A program made the position numbers and the translations under genes. Below, one piece after another: positions 63,579-64,000 of a stretch of DNA of 64,000 nt. Position 1 is the first letter of the stretch. Every line of letters begins with the position of its first letter. Origin of the DNA: Cenococcum geophilum (taxonomy: Eukaryota). Under the pieces are notes generated by a model. The model made no database searches and had not been told where the DNA came from. It saw only the letters and a program-made list of their open reading frames with translations. The stretch lies in assembly GCA_050273025.1 (NCBI GenBank), contig CP158635.1, positions 8,184,001-8,248,000 on the forward strand, given 5' to 3'.

Positions 63579-64000
63579 ATGTCATAGAGCGTATAAAGAA
63601 TTTAAATCTATTAAACTAGAAATTATAAGATACTCCTACTAAATACGCTAAGGATAAGAATGCTAAACTAGAAATAGACCTTTAAGCTAAAAAGAGCACC
63701 ACTATCTAAGAACGAGGATATTCTAAAGTATTACCGCCGTCCCTTACGCACGGCAGCTCTGCCCTTTACTTTTATAGAGTATACCTATAGTAATCTAACC
63801 TTAGCATACCGGACGCGTCTTTAGTAAGACTTAAGGGTATCCTTAGGGTTTAAAAGCCCGCTTTTATAAACTTAGGTAGGCTTCTAAGCCACCTTATATT
63901 CGCGCCCTAACTTAGTTATTCTTTCCCCTAAAATATTATCGATCTCCCATTTATTATCTAAGTTTATTTTATTAAATTTATCTTTTTTAGCCTGGGTATA
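63579..64000 (+). pseudogene. Possible start of a divergently oriented RIP-degenerate gene
   Basis: ATG at 63579 followed by a frame whose stops are RIP-revertible; no recognisable motif. Confidence 0.25.

Overview
AT-rich block of nested transposable elements from a filamentous ascomycete. The DNA is heavily altered by repeat-induced point mutation (RIP: TpA-rich, CpA/TpG-poor, copies differ almost only by transitions), and no intact gene remains. From 1 to ~56.2 kb it is a nest of a GalEa-type Ty1/copia element, seven Ty3/gypsy chromovirus families (labelled here A-F and H; B is present twice full length), a solo LTR, two Tad1-clade LINE 3' fragments and two MITEs, most with readable target-site duplications (TSDs). 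From ~56.2 to 64 kb there are RIP-ruined non-TE genes (FunK1-type kinase, AAA+ ATPase, one unknown gene) and a minisatellite. The top finding is a 1.7-kb non-coding element 'G' that starts exactly at an HDV-like ribozyme. It occurs twice, each time joined at the same 3' point to the 3' part of a different LINE family, and one chimera sits inside a 14-bp TSD. Also notable: an antisense Zn2Cys6-like ORF in one gypsy, AT-hooks after the chromodomain in two others, a palindrome/CCAAT module shared by four gypsy families in either orientation, and 10-bp-period motif arrays shared across TE classes. All protein readings are manual de-RIP reconstructions, not database hits.
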